DNA from: an uncultured Thiopseudomonas sp.
Lineage (GTDB): Bacteria; Pseudomonadota; Gammaproteobacteria; Pseudomonadales; Pseudomonadaceae
Reading direction: 5' to 3'
Length of the DNA: 64,000 nucleotides
NCBI GenBank assembly: GCA_964385265.1
Contig: CAYLOI010000007.1
Span: 9,508 to 73,507 of the forward strand
Each line of letters starts with the position of its first letter. The first letter of the stretch is position 1. This document shows, piece by piece, positions 1 to 10,030 of this stretch. A model generated the notes under the pieces. The model saw only the letters and a list, made by a program, of their open reading frames with translations, made no database searches and was not told where the DNA came from. Both the position numbers and the translations under genes were made by a program.

Positions 1-1375
1 CTTCCAGCAAGTTGGCGTCTTTGAGGTACAGTTCAGCCACTTTAGAGCCTGGAGCAAAGGAGGTTTTCACCCAAGGCTTGCGCTCTAAGCCAAGCTTGTT
101 GGCATTACGAGCAATCAATGCTGCAGCAATTACGTTACGTGGATTACTGGTGTTGGTGCAACTGGTAATGGCGGCAATAATCACAGCGCCATCGGGCATT
201 AAGCCTTCTTCTTTTTCCCACGCGCCAGCAATGCCTTTGCTCGCTAAGTCGCTGGTGGAGACCAGTGCGTGCGGGTTAGAAGGACCGGCCATATTGCGGC
301 CGACTTTAGACAGATCAAAGATCAAGACGCGCTCGTACTCAACCTCTGTTAAAGCATCGGCCCATAAGCCGGTGACTTTGGCGTAGTTTTCCACCAGTTT
401 CACTTGCTCTGGCTCGCGACCGGTCAGGGTTAAGTACTCGGTGGTTTGGCCATCAATATAGAACATACCGGCAGTGGCGCCGTACTCAGGAGTCATATTG
501 GAAATGGTGGCACGGTCGCCAATCGACAAACTGGCCGCACCTTCGCCAAAGAACTCTAGGTAAGCACCGACCACACGCTCTTTGCGCAAGAACGCAGTTA
601 ACTCTAAAACGATATCAGTGGCAGTAATGCCAGGCTGGCGCTCGCCAATTAACTTAACCCCAACAATATCAGGCAGGCGCATCATCGATGGCAAACCGAG
701 CATCACAGTTTCTGCTTCTAAACCACCGACACCAATGGCCAGCACACCCAACGCATCAACGTGGGGGGTGTGACTGTCAGTACCAACACAGGTATCAGGG
801 AAAGCTACACCGTCACGCGCCTGAATCACTGGCGACATTTTCTCCAAGTTGATTTGGTGCATGATGCCGTTACCCGCCGGAATCACATCAACGTTTTTAA
901 AAGCCGTTTTGGTCCACTCAATAAAGTGGAAACGGTCTTCGTTACGACGATCTTCAATGGCACGGTTTTTATCAAAGGCATCCGGATCAAAACCACCGTG
1001 TTCAACCGCCAACGAGTGGTCAACAATTAACTGGGTGGGTACCACTGGATTGACTTTGGACGGATCCCCGCCCTGCTCGGCAATCGCATCACGCAAACCA
1101 GCTAAGTCAACCAAGGCGGTTTGCCCCAAAATATCGTGGCACACGACGCGCGCTGGATACCAAGGAAAATCCAAATCACTTTTGCGATAAATCAGTTGCT
1201 TAAGCGAATCCGTAAGCTCACTGGGCTCGCAACGGCGCACTAAGTTTTCGGCTAAGACGCGTGAGGTGTACGGCAGCTTGGCGTAAGCACCAGGCTCAAT
1301 GGCATCAACCGCTTCACGCACGTCATAATAGTCGAGCGTTGTGCCGGGTAGTTTTTTACGGAATTCGGTATTCAT
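1..1375 (-). CDS. acnD: Fe/S-dependent 2-methylisocitrate/2-methylcitrate dehydratase AcnD (aconitase family), N-terminal part; gene continues past the window edge
   Basis: Absent from the ORF track because it is open at the window edge. My translation of the minus strand from the ATG at 1375 reads MNTEFRKKLPGTTLDYYDVREAVDAIEPGAYAKLPYTSRVLAENLVRRC... It contains the aconitase motifs GTDSHTP and ITSCTNTSNP and lies downstream of prpC, as in prpBC-acnD operons. Confidence 0.85.
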   Translation of the reverse strand, partial: MNTEFRKKLPGTTLDYYDVREAVDAIEPGAYAKLPYTSRVLAENLVRRCEPSELTDSLKQLIYRKSDLDFPWYPARVVCHDILGQTALVDLAGLRDAIAEQGGDPSKVNPVVPTQLIVDHSLAVEHGGFDPDAFDKNRAIEDRRNEDRFHFIEWTKTAFKNVDVIPAGNGIMHQINLEKMSPVIQARDGVAFPDTCVGTDSHTPHVDALGVLAIGVGGLEAETVMLGLPSMMRLPDIVGVKLIGERQPGITATDIVLELTAFLRKERVVGAYLEFFGEGAASLSIGDRATISNMTPEYGATAGMFYIDGQTTEYLTLTGREPEQVKLVENYAKVTGLWADALTEVEYERVLIFDLSKVGRNMAGPSNPHALVSTSDLASKGIAGAWEKEEGLMPDGAVIIAAITSCTNTSNPRNVIAAALIARNANKLGLERKPWVKTSFAPGSKVAELYLKDANLLE

Positions 1376-1484
1376 AACGTTTTAAATCCCTCGGGTAAAC
1401 ATGGAAAACGCCAATCGCTTAACCACAAAAACCAGTTGTGCCTAAACACAACTGGTTGCTGGTTCAGCTTAAGCGCACAAACTC

Positions 1485-2621
1485 TTAGCGTTGCTCAAGC
1501 GGCGGTACTGGGCGCTGCTCTTCACCGATATATTCAGCACTTGGGCGAATAATGCGGTTATTAGCACGCTGCTCAAAGACATGCGCGGCCCAACCAGTGA
1601 CGCGCGAGCAAACAAAAATCGGCGTAAACAGTTTGGTTGGAATACCCATAAAGCGATAGGCCGAAGCATGGAAGAAGTCAGCATTAGGGAACAAACGCTT
1701 TTCATCCCACATAAAGGTCTCAATGGCTTCGGAAACAGGGTAAATCACGCTATCCCCAACTTCATCCGCCAACTTCTTGGCGTAGCCTTTAATCACTTCG
1801 TTGCGTGGATCAGAATCACGGTAGATGGCATGACCAAAGCCCATGATTAAGTCTTTACGCGCAATCATTGCACGCAACTCTTCAACCGCTTCTTCTGGTG
1901 AGCTGAAACGATCAATCAGATCCATCGCTGCTTCGTTAGCACCGCCATGTAAAGGTCCACGCAGCGAACCAATCGCGCCAGTGATGCACGAGTACAAGTC
2001 AGATAAGGTGGACGCACAGACACGGCCGGTAAAGGTTGAGGCGTTAAACTCATGCTCTGCATAGAGAATCAGTGAAACGTTCATCACTTCACGGTGTAAT
2101 GCGCAAGGCGATTTGCCATGCAACAAAGCCAGGAAGTGACTACCAATATCAGGTTCGTCAGTCGTGCACTCAATGCGCTTACCATCGTGGCTGAAGTGGT
2201 ACCAGTACAACAGAATGGCCGGAAAAGCAGCCAACAGACGATCAACCACATCCCGTTGTTGCTCGAAGCTCAGTTCTGGCTCTAACGTACCCAGCATGGC
2301 GGTACCTACACGCATCACATCCATCGGGTGAGCATCAGCCGGGATACGCTCTAAAACTTCTTTAAGGGTTGCTGGTAAGTCACGCATAGCATGCAAACGC
2401 TTGAGATAAGCATCGATCTCACTTTGGTTGGGCAAGTGTCCATAAAGCAGTAAATAGGCCACTTCTTCAAAGGTTTTACAGTGTTTGGCCAGATCACGAA
2501 CATCGTAACCACGGTAAGTTAAGCCAGCACCTTCTTTACCCACTGTACAGAGTGCGGTTTCTCCAGCTACTTGGCCGCGCAGACCCGCGCCACTGAGTAC
2601 TTTTTTCTTTGCTTCAGTCAT
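1485..2621 (-). CDS. prpC: 2-methylcitrate synthase
   Basis: Citrate-synthase family ORF (1485-2657). The N-terminus MTEAKKKVLSGAGLRGQVAGETALCTVG is typical of PrpC. I moved the start to the ATG at 2621, which is preceded by AGGAAG. Confidence 0.9.
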   Translation of the reverse strand: MTEAKKKVLSGAGLRGQVAGETALCTVGKEGAGLTYRGYDVRDLAKHCKTFEEVAYLLLYGHLPNQSEIDAYLKRLHAMRDLPATLKEVLERIPADAHPMDVMRVGTAMLGTLEPELSFEQQRDVVDRLLAAFPAILLYWYHFSHDGKRIECTTDEPDIGSHFLALLHGKSPCALHREVMNVSLILYAEHEFNASTFTGRVCASTLSDLYSCITGAIGSLRGPLHGGANEAAMDLIDRFSSPEEAVEELRAMIARKDLIMGFGHAIYRDSDPRNEVIKGYAKKLADEVGDSVIYPVSEAIETFMWDEKRLFPNADFFHASAYRFMGIPTKLFTPIFVCSRVTGWAAHVFEQRANNRIIRPSAEYIGEEQRPVPPLEQR

Positions 2622-2682
2622 CAGATTCTTCCTTATACTTTTATTATTGGTCATCACTCTTCATTAAGCGATTAAGTTGAAA

Positions 2683-3570
2683 TTAGCTTTTTTTCTGAGC
2701 AAACAAAGCGTCTAGACTTTGTTCAAAAGCGTGATAGTTGATGCGGTCATACAGCTCCATACGGGTTTGCATGGTATCGATCACATTTTTTTGCGTACCA
2801 TCACGGCGTACCGCGTTATACACATTTTCTGCGGCCTTGTTCATGGCGCGAAACGCCGACAGCGGATACAGAACCAAGCCCACATTGGCAGCTCTTAATT
2901 CATCTACAGTGAACAAAGGTGTGGCGCCAAACTCAGTAATATTGGCCAAAATTGGCGCATTAACACGCTCAGCAAATAACTTGTACATGTCTAGCTCGGT
3001 AATGGCTTCCGGGAACACCATATCGGCACCGGCTTCAACGCAAGCAGCAGCACGGTCTAGGGCAGAGTTCAAACCCTCAACGGCCAGCGCATCAGTACGC
3101 GCCATAATCACAAAGCTATCATCGGTACGTGCATCAACTGCAGCTTTAATACGATCGACCATTTCTTGCTGGGTGACGATTTCTTTATTGGGGCGGTGAC
3201 CACAACGCTTAGCACCAACTTGGTCTTCAATATGAATCGCGGCAGCGCCGGCTTTACTCATTGAGCGCACAGTACGTGCAACGTTAAAGGCTGACGCACC
3301 AAAGCCAGTATCCACGTCAACCAACAATGGCAGCTCGCACACATCAGTAATGCGGCGTACGTCAACTAACACGTCTTCAAGGCCAGTGATACCCAAATCT
3401 GGGATACCCAGTGAGCCGGCAGCCACACCACCACCTGACAGGTAAATAGCTTTAAAGCCAGCACGTTGCGCTAATAAAGCATGGTTGGCATTGATCGCAC
3501 CGATAACCTGTAGCGGGCTTTCTTCGACAACAGCATCACGAAAGCGTTGACCTGGAGTTGTACGGCTCAT
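2683..3570 (-). CDS. prpB: methylisocitrate lyase
   Basis: 295-aa ICL/PEP-mutase family protein (..KRCGH.. motif) sitting between the regulator and prpC. Confidence 0.9.
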   Translation of the reverse strand: MSRTTPGQRFRDAVVEESPLQVIGAINANHALLAQRAGFKAIYLSGGGVAAGSLGIPDLGITGLEDVLVDVRRITDVCELPLLVDVDTGFGASAFNVARTVRSMSKAGAAAIHIEDQVGAKRCGHRPNKEIVTQQEMVDRIKAAVDARTDDSFVIMARTDALAVEGLNSALDRAAACVEAGADMVFPEAITELDMYKLFAERVNAPILANITEFGATPLFTVDELRAANVGLVLYPLSAFRAMNKAAENVYNAVRRDGTQKNVIDTMQTRMELYDRINYHAFEQSLDALFAQKKS

Positions 3571-4280
3571 AATTTACCTCGTAGGGATTGGACGGTGTCA
3601 TTGGCACCTTGGTAATGGCGCTCGACATTACGCCGCGAAGCAGCAATGTGTCGGCGCATCAGTAACTCGGCTAATTCACCATCGCCAGCGGCAATGGCAT
3701 CTAATATGCCGTGATGTTCTTTAAAAGCTTGTTGCGGACGATTGGGCGTGGTCGAGTACTGAATACGGTACATACGCACCAACTGATACAGCTCTTGAGT
3801 CAGCAGTTTGACCAGCATTTGGTTACCGCTGCCTTGAATAATTTTATAGTGGAAGTCGTAATCACCTTCTTGCAGGTAATAACCAACCCCTGCTTGGAAA
3901 GCTGCATCACGCTCATGGGTATCCAGCACCGCGCGCAGCTCATCAATCTCTGCCGCACTCATCCGTGCAGCAGCTAAGCGACAAGCCATGCTTTCCAGTG
4001 ACTCTCGAATCTCATACAGCTCAATCAGCTCAGCATGGGACAAGGACACCACGCGCGCACCGATATGTGGAATACGCACTAGCAAGCGCTGGCCTTCTAA
4101 GCGATGAATCGCCTCGCGCAAAGGTCCGCGACTGATGCCATAGGTACGCGCCAACTCGGGCTCAGAGATCTTGCTGCCTGGGGCAATATCACCACAGACA
4201 ATCGCCGCTTGGATACTGCGAAACACCTGTTCTGACAGGGTTGCCGTATCACCGCTGGCGCGTGCTACCTCTTCAATCAT
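3567..4280 (-). CDS. GntR-family (FCD-type) transcriptional regulator of the prp operon
   Basis: Has a GntR winged-helix N-terminus ([29 protein letters not shown]) and an FCD-like C-terminus. There is a 4-nt ATGA overlap with the prpB start. The track ORF extends to a GTG at 4343. I prefer the ATG at 4280 (237 aa) because both TGTCGACA palindromes then lie upstream. Confidence 0.8.
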   Translation of the reverse strand: MIEEVARASGDTATLSEQVFRSIQAAIVCGDIAPGSKISEPELARTYGISRGPLREAIHRLEGQRLLVRIPHIGARVVSLSHAELIELYEIRESLESMACRLAAARMSAAEIDELRAVLDTHERDAAFQAGVGYYLQEGDYDFHYKIIQGSGNQMLVKLLTQELYQLVRMYRIQYSTTPNRPQQAFKEHHGILDAIAAGDGELAELLMRRHIAASRRNVERHYQGANDTVQSLRGKL

Positions 4281-4290
4281 CTCTGGCACA

Positions 4291-4300
4291 GTGTCGACAC
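4291..4300. promoter_or_regulatory. perfect palindrome GTGTCGACAC, candidate GntR-type operator
   Basis: Read directly from the sequence. It matches the GT-N-AC core typical of GntR-family operators and shares the TGTCGACA core with the site at 4364-4375. Confidence 0.4.
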
Positions 4301-4363
4301 CTTTAGTAAATCGATGCCTGAAAGCTACATTCGAGCCCCGCACATGTCAACAAAGCAAAGCGC

Positions 4364-4375
4364 ATTGTCGACAAT
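4364..4375. promoter_or_regulatory. perfect palindrome ATTGTCGACAAT, candidate GntR-type operator
   Basis: Read directly from the sequence. It lies 74 bp from the first TGTCGACA site, upstream of the regulator/prp operon. Confidence 0.45.
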
Positions 4376-4636
4376 CTTCCGACCAAGGTCGAACAAACGA
4401 ATAGATTCTTTTGATTATTATCAACCCACAGCATTGCAACATGCTCCAGCCTAAAAGCAGCGAAGCTAAGAAAAACAAGGCCAATTGAGGATTAAATGGT
4501 TATTTTCAGCATTGCCGATTAGAATACGCCGCCCACGGCTGTCATACTCTGTTGTATAAGGTTAATCTTTTATCATCCCTAAGGTTGAGTATCAGCAGTT
4601 ATAGGGCACACTCAGATTTTTATATTTGCGAGCATT

Positions 4637-5182
4637 ATGAAATTTAATATAGTTGCACTATTGATGTGCCTTGTGGCGCTACCTAGCATGACTACAGCAA
4701 ACGAAAAAAACATCTATGGTTTAAACGAACATGTGTACATCGCCGATATTGATATGCACATGACCGCTAAGCTGGATACAGGTGCGAAAACCGCCTCGCT
4801 CAGCGCACGCGATATCGAGCATTTTAAACGTGACGGCAAAGCTTGGGTGCGCTTTTACTTAGCACTCGATGAAGCGCACGAGCGTGCTTTTGAATTACCG
4901 CTTGCTCGGATTAGTAAAATTAAGCGTCGTTCAGGCGATTATGACCCTGAAGAAGACAAGAGTTATACCCCGCGCCCCGTAGTAAAAATGGCGGTGTGTA
5001 TGGGCAACACTTTAAAAACAATTGAAATCAACTTAACCGACCGCAGCACCTTCCAATACCCGTTTTTATTGGGTTCCACTGCGCTGAAAAAATTTGGCGC
5101 ATTGGTTGACCCGAGCTTAAAATATTCTGTGGGTAAACCACAGTGCGACACCCAAAATACCACCACTGCCTTTGCTGAGTAA
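4637..5182 (+). CDS. secreted retropepsin-like aspartic endopeptidase (the family formerly called 'putative ATP-dependent zinc protease', RimB-like)
   Basis: Signal peptide MKFNIVALLMCLVALPSMTTA and an LDTGAKTASL (DTG) catalytic-type motif. It is the first gene of a tight 3-gene operon. Confidence 0.75.
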   Translation: MKFNIVALLMCLVALPSMTTANEKNIYGLNEHVYIADIDMHMTAKLDTGAKTASLSARDIEHFKRDGKAWVRFYLALDEAHERAFELPLARISKIKRRSGDYDPEEDKSYTPRPVVKMAVCMGNTLKTIEINLTDRSTFQYPFLLGSTALKKFGALVDPSLKYSVGKPQCDTQNTTTAFAE

Positions 5183-5187
5183 TTATC

Positions 5188-6714
5188 ATGCGCTCTTTGA
5201 CACTGCATCTAAAAATACTAATCGCTCTGTGTGTCATCATCGGGGCCTCAGTTACGGCTTACCAAGTTTTTGTCTTGGGTATTCCTGTGTCAGCGGATGA
5301 AACAGACAATCTGTGGAACATTGATGCCAAGGTTGCATTTAGCGCCAATGGCAATGAGCCAGTTAAATTACAGATGTATGTACCGCCTCTCAATCAAGCC
5401 TACGTCAGCCTCAATGAAAGTTTTATCTCCAACAACTATGGTGTCAGCGTTAATTTAGTTGATGAGAACCGCCGCGTCACCTGGTCTGCACGACGTGCTA
5501 AAGGCAAACAAACCCTGTACTATCGCATGGTGATGACCAAGCGCTACAGCACAGCACAAGTCAAAGAAAAAGGTCCGATTTACCGTGAAACTCTCCCTGT
5601 TGAAGGGGCTGAAAAAATCGCTGCAGAAGCGCTGTTGGCACCCATTCGTCAGCACTCTGCCGATGTTGAAACCTTTATTAGCGAAGCCATTAAGCGCGTC
5701 AATAATACCAGCGATGACAACGTGCGCCTGCTACTCGGCGGTGACACCTCGAGTGAGCGCAAAGCTGACGTCATAGACTTACTGCTATCGATTGCCCATG
5801 TGCCGATGCAGCGCTTGCACACCATTCGCTTGCAAGCCGATATCACCCAAGAGCCAGAACTGTGGCTGCGTAGTTTTAATGGTGATAAGTGGCTGTACTT
5901 TAATCCACAATCCGGTGCGCAAGGCTTACCCAATGACCGTATGGTTTGGTGGCTAGGTGATCAGCCATTAATCAGCTTAGAGGGCGGCAGCAAGCCTGCT
6001 GTAACCTTCACCCTGAATAACAGCGAGATCAACGCGATTCGCTTAGCGCAACTGAGCAATGAAAACGCTGATGCCAGTTTCTTAGATTACTCCCTGTATG
6101 GTTTGCCCCTGCAAACCCAGCAGACTTACCAAATTATGATTATGATTCCACTTGGGGTTATGGTCATTCTGATTTTGCGTAACCTTGGCGGCCTGCAGAC
6201 ATTGGGTACCTTTACTCCAGTGCTGATTGCCCTGGCCTTTCGTGAAACCCAGCTGGGCTTTGGTATTGTCTTGTTTACTGTGATTACCACCCTAGGTTTA
6301 TCCCTGCGCTCCTACCTTGAGCATCTGAAATTGCAAATGCTGCCTAGACTCTCGGTGGTATTGACCTTCGTTGTGGTATTAATTGCAGTGATCAGCTTAT
6401 TCAGTCATAAATTAGGCCTTGAGCGCGGCTTATCCGTCGCTTTATTCCCAATGGTTATTTTGACCATGACCATTGAACGCCTGTCCATTACTTGGGAAGA
6501 GCGTGGGGGTAATCATGCCTTTAAGGTAGCGATCGGCACATTATTTGCGGCTGCTTTAGCGCATTACCTAATGAGTATTCCCGAACTCAACTACTTTATC
6601 TTTACCTTCCCAGCCGTACTGCTGATTATGGTGGGCTTTATGTTGGCGATGGGCCGTTACCGCGGCTACCGCTTAACAGAACTGTTTCGCTTCAAAGCCT
6701 TCTTAAAGGACTGA
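5188..6714 (+). CDS. membrane protein: N-terminal TM, periplasmic inactive transglutaminase-like domain, C-terminal 7TM bundle
   Basis: 508 aa. One N-terminal TM helix, a ~300-aa soluble region, then a run of hydrophobic helices from about residue 310. 5-bp gap from the upstream gene and 4-bp gap to the downstream ATP-grasp gene. Confidence 0.7.
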   Translation: MRSLTLHLKILIALCVIIGASVTAYQVFVLGIPVSADETDNLWNIDAKVAFSANGNEPVKLQMYVPPLNQAYVSLNESFISNNYGVSVNLVDENRRVTWSARRAKGKQTLYYRMVMTKRYSTAQVKEKGPIYRETLPVEGAEKIAAEALLAPIRQHSADVETFISEAIKRVNNTSDDNVRLLLGGDTSSERKADVIDLLLSIAHVPMQRLHTIRLQADITQEPELWLRSFNGDKWLYFNPQSGAQGLPNDRMVWWLGDQPLISLEGGSKPAVTFTLNNSEINAIRLAQLSNENADASFLDYSLYGLPLQTQQTYQIMIMIPLGVMVILILRNLGGLQTLGTFTPVLIALAFRETQLGFGIVLFTVITTLGLSLRSYLEHLKLQMLPRLSVVLTFVVVLIAVISLFSHKLGLERGLSVALFPMVILTMTIERLSITWEERGGNHAFKVAIGTLFAAALAHYLMSIPELNYFIFTFPAVLLIMVGFMLAMGRYRGYRLTELFRFKAFLKD

Positions 6715-6718
6715 TGCC

Positions 6719-7702
6719 ATGCTTGGGTTTGGTTTAATTAAAACGTGGCGCGAGCTCAGCGCCAAAGGCATCATGGGCATCAATCGGCGTAATGCGGATT
6801 ACGTGCTTAAATACAATAAACGCAGTTTGTACCCTGTGGTGGATGACAAAATCCTCACTAAAGAACGCGCCATTGCTGCCGGTATTAACGTGCCGGAAAT
6901 GTACGGTATTATTTCTACCGAAAAAGAAATCGAAAAGCTCGAGCAAATCATCGGTGGGCGCACAGACTTTGTGATTAAGCCAGCAATGGGCGCGGGTGGT
7001 GACGGTATTCTTGTTATCGCTGATCGCTTTGAGGATCGCTATAAAACAGTTTCTGGCAAAATTATCAGCCACGAGGAAATCGAATATCAGATTTCCAGTA
7101 TTTTAACCGGACTCTATTCCCTCGGTGGCTCACGCGACCGCGCACTGATTGAATACCGCGTCACTCCTGATCCTTTATTTAAAAGCATCAGCTATGAAGG
7201 CGTACCGGATATCCGTGTGATCGTGTTGATGGGCTATCCCATTATGGCGATGCTACGTTTACCCACGCGCCAATCCGGTGGTAAGGCTAACCTGCACCAA
7301 GGTGCGATTGGCGTGGGTGTTGACTTAGCCACCGGCCTTACCCTGCAAGGCACCTGGCTAAACAATAAGATTAATAAACACCCCGACACCAGCAATCATG
7401 TGGCCGGCGTACAGCTACCAGACTGGCATGGCTTTATGACACTTTCGGCCGGTTGTTATGAGCTGTGCGGCTTGGGTTACATTGGCGTGGACATGGTTCT
7501 CGATCAAGAAAAAGGACCACTAATTTTAGAGCTTAATGCCCGACCTGGTTTGAACATTCAGATTGCTAACAACGCCGGACTGACCTTACGTGCGCATGCC
7601 GTAGAAAACCATATTGCCGAATTAAAACGCCAAGGCCGTACTGAGTCAGTTGAAGAGCGTGTCCACTTTTCGCAGAGCTTATTTGCCAGCACCCCGTCTT
7701 AA
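6719..7702 (+). CDS. alpha-L-glutamate ligase-like (RimK-related) ATP-grasp protein
   Basis: 327-aa ATP-grasp-type sequence (FVIKPAMGAGGDGILV, LELNARPGLNIQ), as in the RimK-related ligase family of Vibrio and Pseudomonas. Confidence 0.75.
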   Translation: MLGFGLIKTWRELSAKGIMGINRRNADYVLKYNKRSLYPVVDDKILTKERAIAAGINVPEMYGIISTEKEIEKLEQIIGGRTDFVIKPAMGAGGDGILVIADRFEDRYKTVSGKIISHEEIEYQISSILTGLYSLGGSRDRALIEYRVTPDPLFKSISYEGVPDIRVIVLMGYPIMAMLRLPTRQSGGKANLHQGAIGVGVDLATGLTLQGTWLNNKINKHPDTSNHVAGVQLPDWHGFMTLSAGCYELCGLGYIGVDMVLDQEKGPLILELNARPGLNIQIANNAGLTLRAHAVENHIAELKRQGRTESVEERVHFSQSLFASTPS

Positions 7703-7754
7703 TCCCACTAAAAAGGCCTGACACGCTGAGCTTTAAAAAGCTTGGCGTCACCCA

Positions 7755-9128
7755 TTGTCTATGCTTACTTGTCAGTTGTTTGCGCTTGATTATCACCCTG
7801 ATCCGTCCTATCACTTTACAAAAGTGCAGGCGCACAGCGGTGCTGTTTTGCTCGATTCAGGCCAGCCCAGCAGTCAGCGGGGCCGTTTTGATATTCTCAG
7901 TGCGTGGCCTCTGAGCAGCATTACACCTGAGCCTAATGAACCTGTAGATGGTTTTCGCCAGCGCTGCCAAACACTGCTCAAACAATTGGCAGTCTGCCAA
8001 GCCCCAGAGACAAGCGAACTGCCGTTTACCGGCGGCTTATTGGGGTATTTAACCTATGAGTTCAACAGCCTAGCGCAGTGCACCGAAGTGGAAGGCTTGC
8101 CCAGCGCAACAGTGGGTCTGTATGACTGGGCCTTGATCAATGACCATCAACTGCAACGCTGCTGGCTGGTCTGCCATCCGAGCATGGACGAACCGCGGCA
8201 ACAAGAGTTGGTACTGCTGTTTACTACAGCGCCTGCTTACGATTCTGTTGCCAGCAACAGACAAGCCTTTCAATTAACCCAGCCCTTTCAAGCACAGATT
8301 AGCGCTGAGCGTTATCACATCGATTTGCAACGCATTCACGACTACATTGGTGCAGGCGACTGCTATCAGGTCAATTACACACAGCGCTTTAGTAGTCTCT
8401 ATCAGGGCGATGCTTGGCGCGCTTATCTCAGTTTACGTGAGCGCTGCCCAACCCCCTTTGCCAGCTTTATCCGAGTTAATCAGCGGCAAGCCATTGTCAG
8501 TTTATCGCCTGAGCGTTTTATTCAAGTACGCCAGCGTCAGGTCGAAAGCCGTCCGATTAAAGGCACCCGCGCCCGCGGAGCGACAGCGGCAGAAGATCAA
8601 GCGCTAGCCGATGCCTTGCTCAGCAGCGCAAAAGACCGTGCCGAAAACCTAATGATTGTCGATTTACTGCGCAATGATTTAGGTCGCTACTGCAGCACCG
8701 GCAGTATCCGTGTGCCTGAGTTGTTTAGCTTAGAAAGTTACCCCAACGTGCACCATATGGTCAGCAGTGTCACTGGCACTTTGGCTGATCAATATGACGC
8801 CCTTGATCTGCTGCTGGGCAGTTTCCCCGGTGGCTCCATTACCGGCGCACCAAAATTGCGTGCCATGCAAATCATCCAAGAGCTTGAAGCCAGCGTGCGC
8901 AGCATTTACTGCGGCAGTATTTTCTACGTGGATACGCGCGGCACAATGGACAGTTCCATTACCATCCGCACCTTGCTGGCCAATAATGGCGAGATCAGTT
9001 GCTGGGGCGGCGGTGCAATAGTCTATGACTCCAATAGTGCTGAGGAATATCAAGAGTCGATTCAAAAAGTCAAAGTGCTGATGGACACCCTAGAAAGCAT
9101 ATATTTGCCTGATTCGCCGGTGCGCTAG
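7755..9128 (+). CDS. pabB: aminodeoxychorismate synthase component I
   Basis: Chorismate-binding family motifs SPERF, PIKGT and GGSITGAPK. The track start is a TTG at 7755; an alternative ATG is at 7761. Confidence 0.85.
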   Translation: MSMLTCQLFALDYHPDPSYHFTKVQAHSGAVLLDSGQPSSQRGRFDILSAWPLSSITPEPNEPVDGFRQRCQTLLKQLAVCQAPETSELPFTGGLLGYLTYEFNSLAQCTEVEGLPSATVGLYDWALINDHQLQRCWLVCHPSMDEPRQQELVLLFTTAPAYDSVASNRQAFQLTQPFQAQISAERYHIDLQRIHDYIGAGDCYQVNYTQRFSSLYQGDAWRAYLSLRERCPTPFASFIRVNQRQAIVSLSPERFIQVRQRQVESRPIKGTRARGATAAEDQALADALLSSAKDRAENLMIVDLLRNDLGRYCSTGSIRVPELFSLESYPNVHHMVSSVTGTLADQYDALDLLLGSFPGGSITGAPKLRAMQIIQELEASVRSIYCGSIFYVDTRGTMDSSITIRTLLANNGEISCWGGGAIVYDSNSAEEYQESIQKVKVLMDTLESIYLPDSPVR

Positions 9129-10024
9129 AACTGGGTATTGATGATATAGGCCGCACCCAGCGCACAAGCGATACAGAGACAGGCACCAAGTAGCGCTTGC
9201 CAGTACAAGCGTTTAGCGATGTCGTCCTCTCCGTAACTGGACAAAATAAACGGCTGACTCTCTTCAGGCTTACGCAAATAGTGCTGAACAGGAGCAGCGC
9301 TACGCATGCGATGTAAACGCTGCGCTTCAACCTTTGCACTGTCGCGCACACTTTGCCATTCCTGCTGATCAAGCTGGCCATTGCGGTCACGATCAAAACG
9401 ACGCAGCAAACCCGTATAATCTTGTTTCCACTCGCGAATCAGCGCGCCTTGGCTGGCACTTAAATCAAAGGTGTCACGGCCACCACCTCGGCTGAAAAAA
9501 TCACCAATCGCATACAGTGGCTCATGCACATGCAAGCGCTGTTCGCTATAACGGTAACGCTTCACACCGCTGAGCATGCTTTGCAAAAAGTTCTTGTGCA
9601 GCTGTTCCTTACGTGGATGGCGGGCACTGCCGTACCAAACACGTTTGGTCATGGGGATGACGTGCGCACCGACAGGGTCAATTAAGCAATCGCCGCTGCC
9701 ATCGCTCAAACAGAGTAAGGCTGCACTACTGGATTTCTCTACTTGCTGCCAACGCTTGTTATCTTTACCGCTGCGGATTTGCTCATCAATACTGAATGAC
9801 CACCAAACACAAGGCTCACCGCTCAACGGCGCACTGAGCTGCCCTGCTCCTTCTTGCAGCACGCCGTATAACTCAACGTAGCCTTGTGCCGCTGAGCGTA
9901 TCTTGGAGGTTGGTGTATCCAGTAGGTAGCGTGCTTTTTTTAAGTTATTAATGCACCACCAACCACTGGCGAAACTGCCAACAGTGGCTATACCGAGCGT
10001 GATACTAAGGCCAACAATATCCAC
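9125..10024 (-). CDS. GIDE-family (E3 ubiquitin-ligase-like) membrane protein with an EF-hand-like loop
   Basis: N- and C-terminal TM helices and a DRDRNGQLDQQE calcium-loop-like motif. Paired with lemA, which is the usual context for this family. Confidence 0.6.
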   Translation of the reverse strand: MDIVGLSITLGIATVGSFASGWWCINNLKKARYLLDTPTSKIRSAAQGYVELYGVLQEGAGQLSAPLSGEPCVWWSFSIDEQIRSGKDNKRWQQVEKSSSAALLCLSDGSGDCLIDPVGAHVIPMTKRVWYGSARHPRKEQLHKNFLQSMLSGVKRYRYSEQRLHVHEPLYAIGDFFSRGGGRDTFDLSASQGALIREWKQDYTGLLRRFDRDRNGQLDQQEWQSVRDSAKVEAQRLHRMRSAAPVQHYLRKPEESQPFILSSYGEDDIAKRLYWQALLGACLCIACALGAAYIINTQF

Positions 10025-10030
10025 AGAGGC

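Noticed and set aside
9125-9128. Convergent pabB and the GIDE gene share their stop codons in a CTAG tetranucleotide, leaving no room for terminators.
   Set aside because: This is a real feature of the sequence but a common compact-genome curiosity. No functional inference can be supported.
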